Of a stretch of 64,000 nt of DNA, positions 33,493 through 46,886 are shown in pieces. The DNA is taken from NCBI GenBank assembly GCA_964016885.1, contig OZ024740.1, positions 82,212,001 to 82,276,000 of the forward strand. The letters are read 5' to 3'. The first letter of the stretch is position 1. Each line of letters begins with the position of its first letter. This DNA comes from Eledone cirrhosa. Its lineage: Eukaryota. The position numbers were made by a program, and so were the translations under genes. The notes under the pieces are model-generated. The model was not told the origin of the DNA. It searched no databases and saw only the letters and a list, made by a program, of their open reading frames with translations.

Positions 33493-34130
33493 TAAATGGA
33501 AAAAATGAAATTTCATTTCTCACTCTTAGTACGGCTGATACTTAAATATAAATATGTATACGTACATACATATATGTATACAGACGTACAGTAGTATGTA
33601 TATACAAACAAACATGCACACATACAGTGTATATATGTACGTATGGGTTTACCGAACATTTATTATAATGCTCAGTTTGTTTGTGAACAAACAGCCAAAA
33701 TAAAGCCGTACAGTGTTCGGCAACCATCGTTGCCCTTTTGCTCAACGCTGAAAAAGGAACGATGAACTAGTTTCCAGCTTATTAGCTGTCATCAGCACCG
33801 TATACCTTCCTGTCAATCGATTGAACGTTTGAAAGTATATACTTTCCTTATGCATATTAACGGCTGAGCAGCCTAATTTGCATATCGAGTGAGTTAGTCG
33901 GCCTGGTATACAGAAAACGATAAATGGAAAAAATGAAATTTCTCTTCTCACTCTTAGTACGGCTGATACTTAAATATAAGTATGTATACGTACATACATA
34001 TATGTATACCGACGTAGAGTAGTATGTATATACATACATACATGCACACACATATATATATATATGTACGCATGGGTTTACCGAATATTTATTATAATGC
34101 TCGGTTTGTTTGTAAACAAACCGCCCGTAT
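33493..34130 (-). repeat. Partial tandem repeat (period ~428 bp) carrying an HHR; family copies at ~32250-32460 and ~62830-63285
   Basis: TAAATGGAAAAAATGAAATTTC...CTCTTAGTACGGCTG occurs at 33493 and 33921, and a related block at ~62850. Confidence 0.8.
33759..33801 (-). ncRNA. Type I hammerhead ribozyme (degenerate copy at ~63104-63147)
   Basis: Reverse strand: ACGGTG-CTGATGA-CAGCT(AATA)AGCTG-GAAAC-TA-GTT-CATCGT. Confidence 0.82.
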
Positions 34131-34131
34131 T

Positions 34132-34162
<31 letters not shown>

Positions 34163-34657
34163 TTAAATAACATAAAACATGTCTATAGAATCACCAGATA
34201 AAATATATACCATTTCCTCTCCCAATTAGCATAATTACCCATATAAAAAAATCGATTAGACCAAGCTATAAGAGTAAAGGCTTCTATGAAGCAATCTCCG
34301 ACAAATAACCGAAATCAGCCCTTCGCGCCGGCTGCGACGGAATATTTATCGAGTATTTCGACAGCGTGTATGAATCGCCCACATATACAGTCAATTAAAC
34401 AGAATTAGGTGTAAAATAATCTAGGAGAAAAGTGAACATATTTAGTTACCTCGACCATGGTTTGGTACGCATTTTAAGAGATCCGATAGCTTCGGACACC
34501 TAGAGCACCGGACTCTATAGGAAGTTAGCTCAAAGTTAGACAATAAATTTTACAAAGTGATCGCGCCAAGATTACATTCAAAAATGGCTAAAATGCGTGA
34601 CGTAGCAGCGGTCAGGTTAGAAGGGATGCGGTTAGTTGCTTATATAAATAAATAAAT

Positions 34658-34715
<58 letters not shown>

Positions 34716-34719
<4 letters not shown>

Positions 34720-35461
34720 AGACGTAAGATAAGAAGATTATAAAATTAACTTACTTACTAAAATATCACTTCCAACTAATTAGTTTCTGGAATGGAGTAG
34801 ATGCATCTTCCGAAGAAGGTGTCGAGAAACATCCCGTCATCAGGAAAGTCTATTCTCATACAAGTTTCCAGGCAAAACGAGGACTCTGGAAGCTTGTTAA
34901 AAAATAAATCAGTGAATAGGAAATAGCAAAGCGTGGACTTACTTCCTAGCCATTGAGAAAATCACTGCCTCTGTGTCTGTGGCAAATTCAAAAAGAATCG
35001 AACGCGTGACATCGAGGTCAATCGGTGGAAAGTGTGTTGTTAATAAGACAGCGGCCAGCCTACTACCGTAGCAGCAGTCATGGCCAGTATTGCCATGACT
35101 GCTGCTACGGTAGTAGGCTGGCCGCTGTCTTATTAACAACACACTTTCCACCGATTGACCTCGATGTCACGCGTTCGATTCTTTTTGAATTTGCCACAGA
35201 CACAGAGGCAGTGATTTTCTCAATGGCTAGGAAGTAAGTCCACGCTTTGCTATTTCCTATTCACTGATTTATTTTTTAACAAGCTTCCAGAGTCCTCGTT
35301 TTGCCTGGAAACTTGTATGAGAATAGACTTTCCTGATGACGGGATGTTTCTCGACACCTTTTTCGGAAGATGTATCTACTCCATTCCAGAAACTAATTAG
35401 CTGGAAGTGATATTTTAGTAAGTAAGTTAATTTTATAATTTTCTTATCTTACGTCTCTTAT
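34716..35461. repeat. Near-perfect ~745-bp palindrome with 7-nt loop (35085-35091); HHR in each arm (34768-34849 minus, 35327-35408 plus)
   Basis: Centre CATGGC-CAGTATT-GCCATG; mirrored ORFs 34939-35151 and 35025-35237. HHR: ACTTTC-CTGATGA-CGGGATG...CATTCCA-GAAAC-TAATTA-G(T/C)T-GGAAGT. Confidence 0.92.
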
Positions 35462-35577
35462 ATTATTGTTCTGCAACCCCATGCATTGAACCACAATGTT
35501 ATTAAGACAAAACCTATATATTTGCTAGCATCGATATGCATTTGTATGTATATATATGTTACTAGATATAAATTCTT

Positions 35578-35690
<113 letters not shown>

Positions 35691-35692
35691 GT

Positions 35693-37150
35693 AGAGAGCA
35701 CTAACAAGTTTGATGTAGAACGTAGCACAATGGAAAGCATCCAGCAGACCTTTTTATGGTATGGTGGGAAAGGAGACTCAAAGATCTCCTTCATGAGGCC
35801 TCCATAGACCTCATCATGTACTCTCATTACGTAGACGACATGAATATAGTAATAAGAACATCCCCAGAAGAGAGTACTAGCAAGTTTGATTTCGAACATA
35901 GCACAATGGAAAGCATCCAGCAGATAGCTAATTCCATACACCAGAGTATAACTGTAACTATCTACTACCCTTCCAAACACCCTAACAATAGACTTCCTGT
36001 ATTAGACACGGAACTCTGGATGAATACTATAGACGAGAGAGCCCAAATTCTCCACTCACACTATGCTAAACCAATGGCCTCCAAATACCTGATACTCAAA
36101 AACACAGCAATGTCCAGTAGTGCTAAGTTTAATATTCTGATCGCAGATTTGGTACGAGTGATGAAGAATGTGTCCCGCATGTGCGACCCAACAGAAATGG
36201 AAAGTCAAACCCAACACTTCATCAACAGCATGCAGTTCTCTGGCTACAACCAAAGAGACAGAGTCAGAGTTTACGAAGGAGCCATGGAGAAGTATAAGAC
36301 CCTCATAGAACTGGACATGAAAGGAATTGGCCCATTATACAGGAGCAAATCATGGAATAGCTTAGATAGGGCTAGACATAAGATAGGGAAAGCCACCTCA
36401 TGGTACGACAACCAGATATACCAGAGTGCCATGTTTGTGGACGCTAGCCCTGGAGAGATATTGACTAACCAGTGTAGAAAGGCCCTGAGAAAGACCCACT
36501 TACTGATTAAGGTGGTAGAAAAGCCAGGAACCACCATAAAATCCCTGAACAGCAAAACCTACCCTTTTAAGGAAACCCACTGTACTAATAGGAAATGTAT
36601 CATATGTAAGGTAAACCCCCGGATAAACTGTAAAACTAGAAACTTAGTCTATAGCATAAGATGTACAGAGGTACTTGCAGAAACATGACAACAACATACA
36701 TAGGCGAGACAGCTCGTAGCATAGGTGAAAGGATAGACCAACACTGGGGAAACTAAAAGGACGAAAAAACGGTTCAGTACTATACGAACATGCCAGACAA
36801 CAACACGAGGGTAACATAGACAACATAGAAATTAGAATAATATCTAAACATAGAAATGACCCAGCAGATAGGCAAATCAGAGAGGCCAGTGAAATAGAAC
36901 TTAGAAGGCCAAGACTAAACAGAAAGAATGAATGGAATAACAACAACACCCATACAAACAACACTGACCTAAGAGAAGTATAAATAAATAAATAAATCGA
37001 TAAATAAATAAATAAATACATACACAAGCACAATAACAACAAACACATATAAACACACACTAGTAAAGATAGAATACATTAACCGATAAATAGTCCCCAA
37101 TCACGAACACACATGAAAATCACAAGAAAACAGAGTCAAGATAAATTAAT
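35693..37150 (+). mobile_element. 5'-truncated PLE related to family A (diverged subfamily, no SINE)
   Basis: ORF 35756-36688 MVWW...YSHYVDD...[10 protein letters not shown]...LVYSIRC; frameshifted GIY-YIG part HIGETARSIGERI. Confidence 0.9.
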
Positions 37151-37384
37151 AAAAACAATGAATAAAAACAAAGAAACGGTTCCTTATATTAAAAAATTCA
37201 TCATTTTACGATCGTTTCTAGGATATATATATATATGTGTGTGTGTTGGTATGTATATCATATAGATCTATGTAAAATGTTTACAAACTAACAGAGGAAA
37301 TATACATACCTACCACATATATATGCTGTCTTCAGAAATAATGTAATATATATATATATATAATATATTTATATATATATAATG

Positions 37385-37464
<80 letters not shown>

Positions 37465-37799
37465 CTCATAATATAGCTAAATAATTTCTTAAATTCTGGA
37501 ATAATATTCCACCATTACTACAAACTTTTAATTCTCATTAAATTCACGTAAATACCAGCTTTTCTTCCTTTCTGCCTACACATACATACATATATCCTAA
37601 TAATTATTTAAATCTACCCAGCCCCTAAAATAGCGTTTTTTTTAGCCCTATATCTCAACGTCATTTGCATGCTCATCTTAATAATTTGAAATATTTGACA
37701 GTTTTTCTCTTTCTCTTCTTTCTTTTTACTATCCAGGAAAAACTTGAACCGTCAAGATCTTCCTGGATATGTCAATATATTTATATAACAGACATTGTA

Positions 37800-37858
37800 T
37801 TTTATCTGATGAGGGCGTACCAAAATGTTGGTACCCTTGAAATATATATATAATAGAA
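37800..37858 (+). ncRNA. Type I hammerhead ribozyme (homolog at 45709-45770)
   Basis: TTTTAT-CTGATGA-GGGCGTACCAA(AATG)TTGGTACCCTT-GAAA-TATATATA-TA-ATAGAA. The 45.7 kb copy reads TTTTAT-CTGAAGA...GAAA-TATATA-TA-ATAAAA and shares downstream flank (ATGG.TTTATAAATATAG.TTCCATTTATT). Confidence 0.72.
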
Positions 37859-38189
37859 TAAATATGGTTTTATAAATATAGGTTCCATTTATTTAATATC
37901 ATTGATATAATTATATATATATATATATATAGAAGCATTTACACAACAGTTAGTTCACCATACCGAGAACAATTGTTTTACCTCTGCGGATCTTCAGCTC
38001 GTAATGGACATGTCTATACGGAACGGGAAGGACAACCGTCACTTCACACAGGCAATACTAAAAAGCGTGCGAGGGATGCAAGGAAGATAACTGCGAATGT
38101 CCGAAAAGTTTGTAGTTGATAAGAAAATTAGGATGTTGTGATTCTATCCGGAGCTTTGTAGTTTTGTATATATATATATGTTTCTTTAC

Positions 38190-38890
38190 ATGTCTCGCTC
38201 GTTTCACCCTATTTTACGTGTCCCAACAACTTTCTTTAGCCGTTGCTCTCACCAACCAGAGGTATATGATCTTTAAAGCGATGAAATACCAATGAAGCCT
38301 GGAAGATCACTGATGAAGGTCTAATTTTATTCATATGTAACCCAATCACAACCACGCAGCACGCCATTTTTTCATATATTTATATATTTTCCTCCGCTCT
38401 GACCCGTCTGTTTCTTTCTTACTGCTTCCCCTTTCTCTGTATCTCCCATTTGTTTACACCCCTCTGCCAGTCACTCTCTCAGTTAGCTTCTTCCCACACT
38501 TTCACTCACTCACTCTCTGCTACTCCCTCTCCATCACTTCCTCCCGTTTGACCTGTGTGAAATCCTTTTCTCGCTCACATTTGACCCAGGTTGGATGGAC
38601 TTTATCTCTCGTCTACGATTTCACAGAACTTAAGTTCATTGATTTCAGGGACTTGACTCCTTCTTCCTCTCTTTCCGTTGCATTACCATCTTTGTTTGTT
38701 TACATGTCTCGTTCGTTTCACCCTATTTTACGTGTCCCAACGACTTTCTTTAGCCGTTGCTCGCACCAACCAGAGGTATATGATCTTTAAAGCGATGAAA
38801 TAACAACGAAGGCTGGAAGATCACTGATGACGGACTAATTTTATTCGTATGTAACCCATTTGGAACCACGCAGCACGCCATTTTTTAATA
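38190..38890. repeat. Partial tandem repeat, period ~514 bp (same family as 1644-2368)
   Basis: TACATGTCTCG.TCGTTTCACCCTATTTTACGTGTCCCAAC...CACGCAGCACGCCATTTTT occurs twice. Confidence 0.8.
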
Positions 38891-41329
38891 TATATATATA
38901 TAGTGGAAAATGTGTGAGATCCTTGGTACAGTTAGGTATATTTGAAAAAAAGGAAAATAATGACTTCACTTGTAGTGCTAAATAATTTGATTTAATTTTA
39001 TAATATTATATTATTATGAGTTGGAAGGTCTAGTAAGTTCTTTGTTAACTTCGGTGGGAAGAATTTTAAAGATTCCTGGTTCACTTTGTGGGAGCACTTT
39101 CTCGCATTTGTCGGTGGCGATTGTCAAACTGAGATCAGGTTGTGTTGTGATGTGTGACTCTATATATAAGAGAGATTCGGATGTGTCTGGAGTGTGGGGT
39201 GTGGTGTTAATTAGTGTTGATGAAGATTTAAAGGAATTAACGCCCCCCCACACACACACCCCCACACACACACACATATATATATATATATGTGTGAGGC
39301 ATGTAAACCTGGCATCAGATATCTAAAATTGAATATGTTCTGAAAGTGGTTAGAGAAAACAGTTAAACATATAAAAATGTAAATTGTGTATAAATACGAG
39401 TTCTGTGTGTATCTATGTGTGTGTATGTATGTATGTATGTGCGTGTGAATGAGTGTACGTATGAGTTCGTCAATACATCATGACGGATTCAATTTTGTAT
39501 TGTTTGGTTTTAGGTGATAAAATAGAACTTGTGAACTTGTGTATGTTTTTAAAGGATATTCGGTATTGTTCACTAATAATCTTGACGTGTGTGTGTGTTT
39601 AAGATAAGGTCACAATATATATATGCTGAGGCACAATATATATATATGCTGAGGCTCGGTGTGTATGTTTAAGTATATGAGCCTTATGTGTGTTTGCGTG
39701 TGTTTATAATGTCTGCGTGAGAAACTAATATTTCTATTACACGAAAGCTGATGTACGTGCGGGTGCGTGTTCGCGATGAATTTTGCGGACACGAACCTTT
39801 TAACCCGCTTTATCCTCTAATAAACATGCGACAGCAAATCGCCAGCTTCTGAGTACCACGAATTTTTAAAATCGATCCCACGTTGTACACCAAGTTTTAT
39901 ATAAGAAAAATCCCATTTCTGATTCAATTGAAGATGCGCTTCTTGTAATGGCAACATCATTAATGGAAGGATTTAGACCGCAGTCGCCGTTGCTTTAGAA
40001 GGCATGAACGCAGAACATAATGACACGGAAAGTAATATACGACTCTTACACACATGTAATCTATATAAGAACTTTTGAAAAGCGACCAATAATTGAATGG
40101 TTTTCACTCAGTACCATTTATCCGAATACAAATACTAGCGCGTACGTATAGATGGTTTAGGGCAACAAGAAGCTGTCCATCGATCACATGTCCCTGCAGA
40201 AACTTCCACATCAAGTCACATGGAACGCAGTCATAGACATTTTCGAGGTCTACTATACAAGGTTACAACTCTTGGCAATATTCCCACGATTTGACGATCT
40301 CCCTATATGCCTTTGGCAGATACTTAAAATAGATTTTACCAGGGAAGCTTAACAAGATCTCTCTATAAAAGGAGAAATGCCTCTTGTTTCCCTTTCAGAA
40401 AATCGTGATTATCACTCCTGATTTTATATTGCGTTGATGCCGAGTCAGATAGAATACTTACGCTATTTAAGGCTTTTTAATGTATCGGGTCGACTCCTAT
40501 CCTCCCCAGCAAACTTGCCGCATTGAGCTCTTTAATTGCTCTTGTGAACTTATTGTTGCTTGATAGCCGGATTTAGGAGAACAGCAAAGTATTCATTCCT
40601 CCTATTGAGGATGCCCTATAAACCGCCTTCCTGATGGTCTGCCAAAACACTTTATTTGCTGATTTTCATTCGTATTCCACCTTAACCAAAGACCTGTCAT
40701 ACCTTAACTTTGGACGCTTTAACTGTGTCTGTTGCGACTTTTTGCGCCAGTCTGTACCGCAAGTTCCAAGAAGGAGGATTTATTTCCAAGTCAAAGTATG
40801 ATGGTATCTTTCACCACTTGTTTAAACCAAGGTGTTCTTCTGTCACGTGGCGCCACATCAACCAGATTTCGCCCGCAACATTTAACAACTAAAGCAGAAA
40901 CTGCCGAGCAAAATTTCATCAGTTTGCTGAGAGAGTTCGCTGAAATCAGATATCACAAAATTCCGCAAGCCGGTTCCCGACTGCCATTTCTTCCAGCGAC
41001 TTTATATTTTTCGTTATAGGCCAAGGTGGATCTGCAGATTGTGTGACTTTCTGCAATATGAAGCAGCAGATAACTACATGGTCATCAGTTGAAAGCTCGG
41101 CACTTTTGTTAAAAACGAACATCAAGCAGAGAATGAAACATCAGATATACCATGTAGGTTTATGAGTGTTTATGAGGTAATATAATGTGTTCATAATAGA
41201 GAGCCCATTACTTGAGCAAAATTATTTCTCACCATTTGTATGTATATCTGGATAACTGTTCATGTCAGTTAGTCAGTGCGTAATCTCACTTCTATTCATT
41301 GTCTTCGTGGTCACGATTGTCATACGCAG

Positions 41330-42075
41330 CTGGGTTTGAAGCGGTATCTAGAATTGTGTGAGTAGGACGAGTCAGCTGGAATTTGCAGACGACATGGTAC
41401 TACTTAACGCGTCAGACGGTTTTTCCGACTTGCATCACACATGTTTACTGCCATGTCCTTCATGAGTGGAATGAAAATTGGTTCTGTGAACATTGAGAAT
41501 TATTCTGTCAAGGAAGCCTGCGCAGTGCACTCTACATGTGAATGGAAGTCCAATGAAGAAGTTTGAGAGTTTTAAGTATCGTGGGTCTGTATTCACGGGC
41601 GACGGAATGTAGGATGCTGAATTACGTCCAAGTAGTGCACCAGCTGGTGAAGCAATACGCCAGCATTATCATTCGGCAATCAGAACAAGGGAGGAAGGTG
41701 TAAACACCAGACAGATTCTCTTCAATTCTGCATTAACGCACAGCATTAACTATGGTCATTAATATTCGTTAGCGACGAAAAGAACACGATAGCGAATAGT
41801 AACAGCGAAATCGCGTTCTTCCGACTGGTCTATGGAGCAAAGTTACGCGTTAGAATGAGGATCTCAGAGATCAGAGAATCACTCCAAGTAGAGCCGTTAC
41901 TTCTTCGTCTTGAGAGATCATAGATCCAATAATATGGGTACGTGCTTAGAAATTCCCAGAAAAAAAATCAATGGACAAATTTTACGGACAAATCTAACTG
42001 ACAGAAGAAGAAGAAGAAGAAGAAGAAGAAGAAGAAGAAGAAGAAGAAGAAGAAGAAGAAGAAGAAGAAGAAGAA
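41330..42075 (+). mobile_element. Degraded 3' end of an RTE-type LINE with (GAA)n tail
   Basis: FADDMVLL (~41381), ESFKYRGSVF (~41565, FKYLGS-like), IRESLQVEPLLLRLERS; ends in (AGA)n at 42003-42075. Confidence 0.7.
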
Positions 42076-42645
42076 ATTCAATAGTCGAAGCATGTGAGTA
42101 TGTAAAAACGTTAGATAAGCCTCACTTTATCGAGAAACTCAACTTATTTTTTGTATCTTTTTAAATATAATATATTTTGTATGATCTAAATACTTCCCCA
42201 GCGTTGCCTGTCTGTATACAAATCGTTACGTGCATCTTCAAGGCTTTACTCTTTTTGCTATACATAGGAAAGGAGTCATGCGCACACATACACACACACA
42301 CACACACTCACGCACTGTTATATATATACAAGTGCCCACTTTAATAAGTATATGTTCATCTTATACAAGCTTCTACATAACTTGGTATATTTTCACCCAA
42401 CTTGTAGAAATCTTTTAATGAAATGAGTCGTCTGGGAAATGATATATTTGATATATCTCATATGAGATAATACGGCCAATTATCCACACAATACAATATA
42501 GTTAGCACCCGAAATGTTTAGTTGGGAATATACTTAGGTATTTCCTAATTGTTTGTTGAGTGAGCTGGATTTTGGCCGGGGTATCGCTATTAGCTTTCTC
42601 CGATTATGTATATATATATATATATATATACACGCACACACACCA

Positions 42646-42743
<98 letters not shown>

Positions 42744-43134
42744 TTATTTATTTATGAAGTAGACGTTGCTAGATCTAGTTCTATGGAATCGTGACACAGT
42801 AGTGAACAAAGGTGACAGCTCCAAGTAGCGTTCATGTGAAATACATCAAATGAATATTACAATTTTAATACAGGCGTTATCTAGACGGGATTTTCGAGCA
42901 ACTAAATGACAAAAATATTACTTGTTACGAAAATAGATTTTGAATGTGGCAGACCAAACAGTATTTCTCTATACAACGCTATAAATCTTTCTTCGAACCG
43001 TTGATAATGTGTACCGATTTCATTCAATCGATTTTAAATCTGAATATATTGCATAGTTTTTAGTTCTGGAAATTCAATGACCGTGCCTTTAGACCTCCTA
43101 CATTTCTACATATTACACGCTAACATCACATTTA

Positions 43135-43338
43135 CTGCAGCTCCTCCTCTTCCACCATCACCCTCTTCCTCCTCCTCCCCTCCTCATCCTCCTCACATTC
43201 TTCTTGGCCCCATCTCCTCCTCTCCCCTCCTCCCCTTTCCTCCCATTACACTTATCCCCCCTCCACTTCTACCCCTCATCCGCCCCTCCTCACCCCCCCC
43301 CCCTCCACTCCCTCCTCCTCCTCCTCCTCCTCCTCCTC

Positions 43339-43414
<76 letters not shown>

Positions 43415-43470
43415 CAACACTACTTCTAGTGCTTCTGCTGCTGATAATCATACTAATTATAACTATAATA
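43135..43470. repeat. Compound simple repeat (CCT)n-(ACT)n with C-rich low-complexity flank
   Basis: Direct reading of the sequence. Confidence 0.9.
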
Positions 43471-43949
43471 ATTCTTTCTTTATTGTTCAATACAGGCCGA
43501 AACATAAAATACAATACAAAAGAACAGGGTCAGTGGGATTATACAACAATGTGTAATAAAGGAAAAGGCATTGACTCTGGGAGTTTGGTTCCTTTGTGTT
43601 TGGGAGCTGGTGTATATTTATATATTTATATATTTATTTACCGCAACACATGTTGCATCCACATACACTATAGTGACATGTTTTTATCCTTAACATAGAA
43701 GACGCATTTTTATCAAGTATAAATAAATAGCAACCCCTTCCTTTATAATCATGAGATCCCTGACTCACCCCTTTGTGTGATATCTTGTTCAATTTTCTTT
43801 ACCATATTCTGGGATCGACCAAAGCTTTGGATTTGAAACTGGATAGAACAATCTAGTGTAGAATACCGTTGAATGGAGAGTAGCTATGACTTCAAAGCTC
43901 CAATCTTAACACAGTGTTACGCCGATTATCCCAGAGAATTATGTTAAAT

Positions 43950-44450
43950 GGATCTGTGTCTTCGAATGCTTATACCATGAGGTGTAGCTTTCTCTCAATG
44001 CAGAACTGAAACACTCACCCGGTCGGAGATTTAATATTAGTTTAATAATTTGGCAAACACTAGGAACAAACTTGTAAACGTTCACCACTCTTATGCACCA
44101 TTAACAGAAGCATAGACTATCCCATAATTGAAGAAGGCACATTAAGAGTAAACCTAAGTGTATATAGAAAACAACACACCTGATGGCACAAAATGCTAGG
44201 AAGATTCAAGGAAGCCATCGAATGAAGACTAAATACCGAAGTTAGCATTGAATAATTAATAGTGGAAGAGCGTTTACATACCGATGGCATTCGAAAAAGA
44301 TTTACGATGCACAGAATTATATATATATAAATTTTGTTTTCAAATCCATATTTAATAAAAGCACCATGTTATTTATTCATTCTGACGACTGAAGACAGAC
44401 ATAAATATCTGCCTTCAAGAAACCACTGGTAAATGAAATAATTATCTTAT
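43950..44450 (+). mobile_element. Highly decayed PLE 3' end followed by an HHR
   Basis: GCTAGGAAGATTCAAGGAAGCCATCGAA resembles the GIY-YIG C-terminal RK(I/F)KEAIE motif (frameshifted); an HHR lies ~150 bp downstream. Confidence 0.45.
44376..44437 (+). ncRNA. Type I hammerhead ribozyme
   Basis: TTCATT-CTGACGA-CTGAAG...CTTCAA-GAAACC-ACT-GGTA-AATGAA; 6-bp stem I. Confidence 0.75.
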
Positions 44451-45176
44451 GTTGTTTATTTCATAACTAATAACCTCTGTAGCTTCCATAGAGTACTCTT
44501 TTTACCTGTACCTTTCCTACGGGAACACTTCATATATATACTCTGTTTCGACATCTTATCAGATATGCAAGATTATATGTGCAAAAAGTCATTATAAAAT
44601 GTTTAAAGTTTTCTTTGCACATATAAGCTCTCATATCTGACGAGAGGTCAAAAAGAGACGCGCCTCGTCATGTTGATTGTACCCTGAGGTGATCGATATC
44701 CAAACAGTTATAATATCCAAATAAAGTTTGTACATATGCTGAAATATTGTCTTTGATTCTTGGAAATATATCAACAATTTGCACACCACAGTTGTAACTG
44801 ATGTATACAGGCCAAACGAATCGGATCTCATAACGGCGTTGACTTCTTCGGACGAGGCGCCGCCTGTAACTGTGGTTGCACACATTTGTATGTGTGTATG
44901 TGTGTGTGTGTGCGTGCGTGTGTGTCTGCGCCCGTGTGTAGGGCCCGAGTCAAATCGGGATTTACCACAGTAAATAAGGAACTCAATGCAGTAAGTAACA
45001 ACGGACATTGAATATAGAATTTGCTTCTACAGAACTAGAATTGTTTCATTTTTATGAAATCATAACGAATGCCCTTCCTGATGATTCCATATGAATAAAA
45101 CACTTCTCGTCCCGTAGAAGCCATTTCTATATTAAATTGTTGTTATATATAAACACAAACACCCCCCCCCCCCTCC

Positions 45177-45225
<49 letters not shown>

Positions 45226-45906
45226 ATTATTAATACATCTTAATATATTTTAAATAGTTCATATTTTTAATTAAATTTAACAGTATTTTATTTATTATTA
45301 ATTTAATTTTTAACTTATCATTATAAATATAGTATTAGGTTTAATATCAACATAGAATAATGAACGTTATATTTACGATTTGAGTATCCATCCCTGGAAA
45401 AGCTAATTCCTTCGCTCGCTCTTCCTTAAATTGTATTCACTATCACTCTGCATAATCTTAACTCTCTTTCTTTCTCCCTTTTTATCACCCTTTTTCTTTC
45501 TTCTTCTCTCTTTCTCTTTTTCTTTTTTTTTCTCTCTCCCTTTCACTATTCTTTCTCTCTCCTTTTCAATATTTTTCTGACACTCATTTGCATATTTACT
45601 GATAACTTTGAATCACCCTCAATAAAATATTTTTCCACTATCGAGCGAACCTCAACCGTTAAGGTTGTCTTTATGCGGGTATGTCAATATTAATAAAACA
45701 AATTTGTATTTTATCTGAAGAAAGCGCACCAAAATTTGCCTTGGTTGCCCTTGAAATATATATAATAAAATAATTATGGGTTTATAAATATAGTTTCCAT
45801 TTATTAATATATTGAATATTTACTCCACTAAACTGTTGAGTGCTTTATATCAGGTATAAACATTTTTAAGCTTGTTGAATCACAACAAATTAAATATAAC
45901 ATCTGC

Positions 45907-46009
<103 letters not shown>

Positions 46010-46028
46010 TATATATATATAAAGATAT

Positions 46029-46122
<94 letters not shown>

Positions 46123-46194
46123 CTTAGAGTTTACACTCAATGGGGTCATTTACAATTATTTCAGCTCCAAGAATCGCTTCTGAGTAGTATAAAT

Positions 46195-46757
46195 TAATAT
46201 ATGATAAACATTTACTTGTTTTAGTTGCAATTGACTAATAACATAGTTAGAATGAAATATCTTATATGGCCTTGGTACCTAGACACGTTTAAATTTCAAA
46301 ATACAAACTTTTTCCGCAGATCAGTCAGAACTTCAAACTTTAAACATGTTTCACAAAGGACGGTATAATAGTGAAATAATTAATTAATTAGTAGTGAGTT
46401 AATTAATTTTCTGTGTTTATCAAAAGGTACCCAGATAAATTAAGTAAGTACCTATTGATAAACACAGAAAATTAATTATCTCACTACTAATTAATTAATT
46501 ATTTCACTATTATACCGTCCTTTGTGAAACATGTTTAAAGTTTGAAGTTCTGACTGATCTGCGGAAAAAGTTTGTATTTTGAAATTTAAACGTGTCTAGG
46601 TACCAAGGCCTTTTGCCCATATGGGTTTGTGAGTATTGATTTATTATTTTTTAGATCATACAGGCAAACTATATGTATTTGAATTAAGATATTTTATTCT
46701 AACTATTTTATTAGTCAATTGCAACTAAAACATGTAAATGTTTATCATATATTAATT
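46195..46757. repeat. AT-rich palindrome: inner arms 46268-46430 / 46448-46610, plus outer arms separated by a ~70-nt one-sided insert
   Basis: GGCCTTGGTACCTAGACACG... / ...CGTGTCTAGGTACCAAGGCC and TTAGTTGCAATTGACTAA / TTAGTCAATTGCAACTAA. Confidence 0.88.
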
Positions 46758-46795
46758 TATATATATACATATATATATATATATATCTATATATA

Positions 46796-46886
<91 letters not shown>

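Larger units (their letters stand above)
32627..34640. repeat. Diverged inverted repeat, arms 32627-33094 and 34171-34640
   Basis: Reverse-complement matches such as GACCGCTGCTACGTCACG / CGTGACGTAGCAGCGGTC and CTGGTGATTCTATAGACATG / CATGTCTATAGAATCACCAG. Confidence 0.8.

Noticed and set aside
43077-43698. Poly-P/T/L/V/S ORFs
   Set aside because: They come from (CCT)n(ACT)n simple repeats, open in several frames.
44531-44570. Minus-strand CTGATAA-GATGTC-GAAAC motif as an HHR
   Set aside because: C3-A8 mismatch and stem I out of register; at best a remnant.
45074-45120. CTTC-CTGATGA-TTC..GAA-TAAAAC...GTA-GAAG, and a similar motif at ~19320-19378
   Set aside because: Catalytic core positions are altered (G12; U4); only degenerate remnants.
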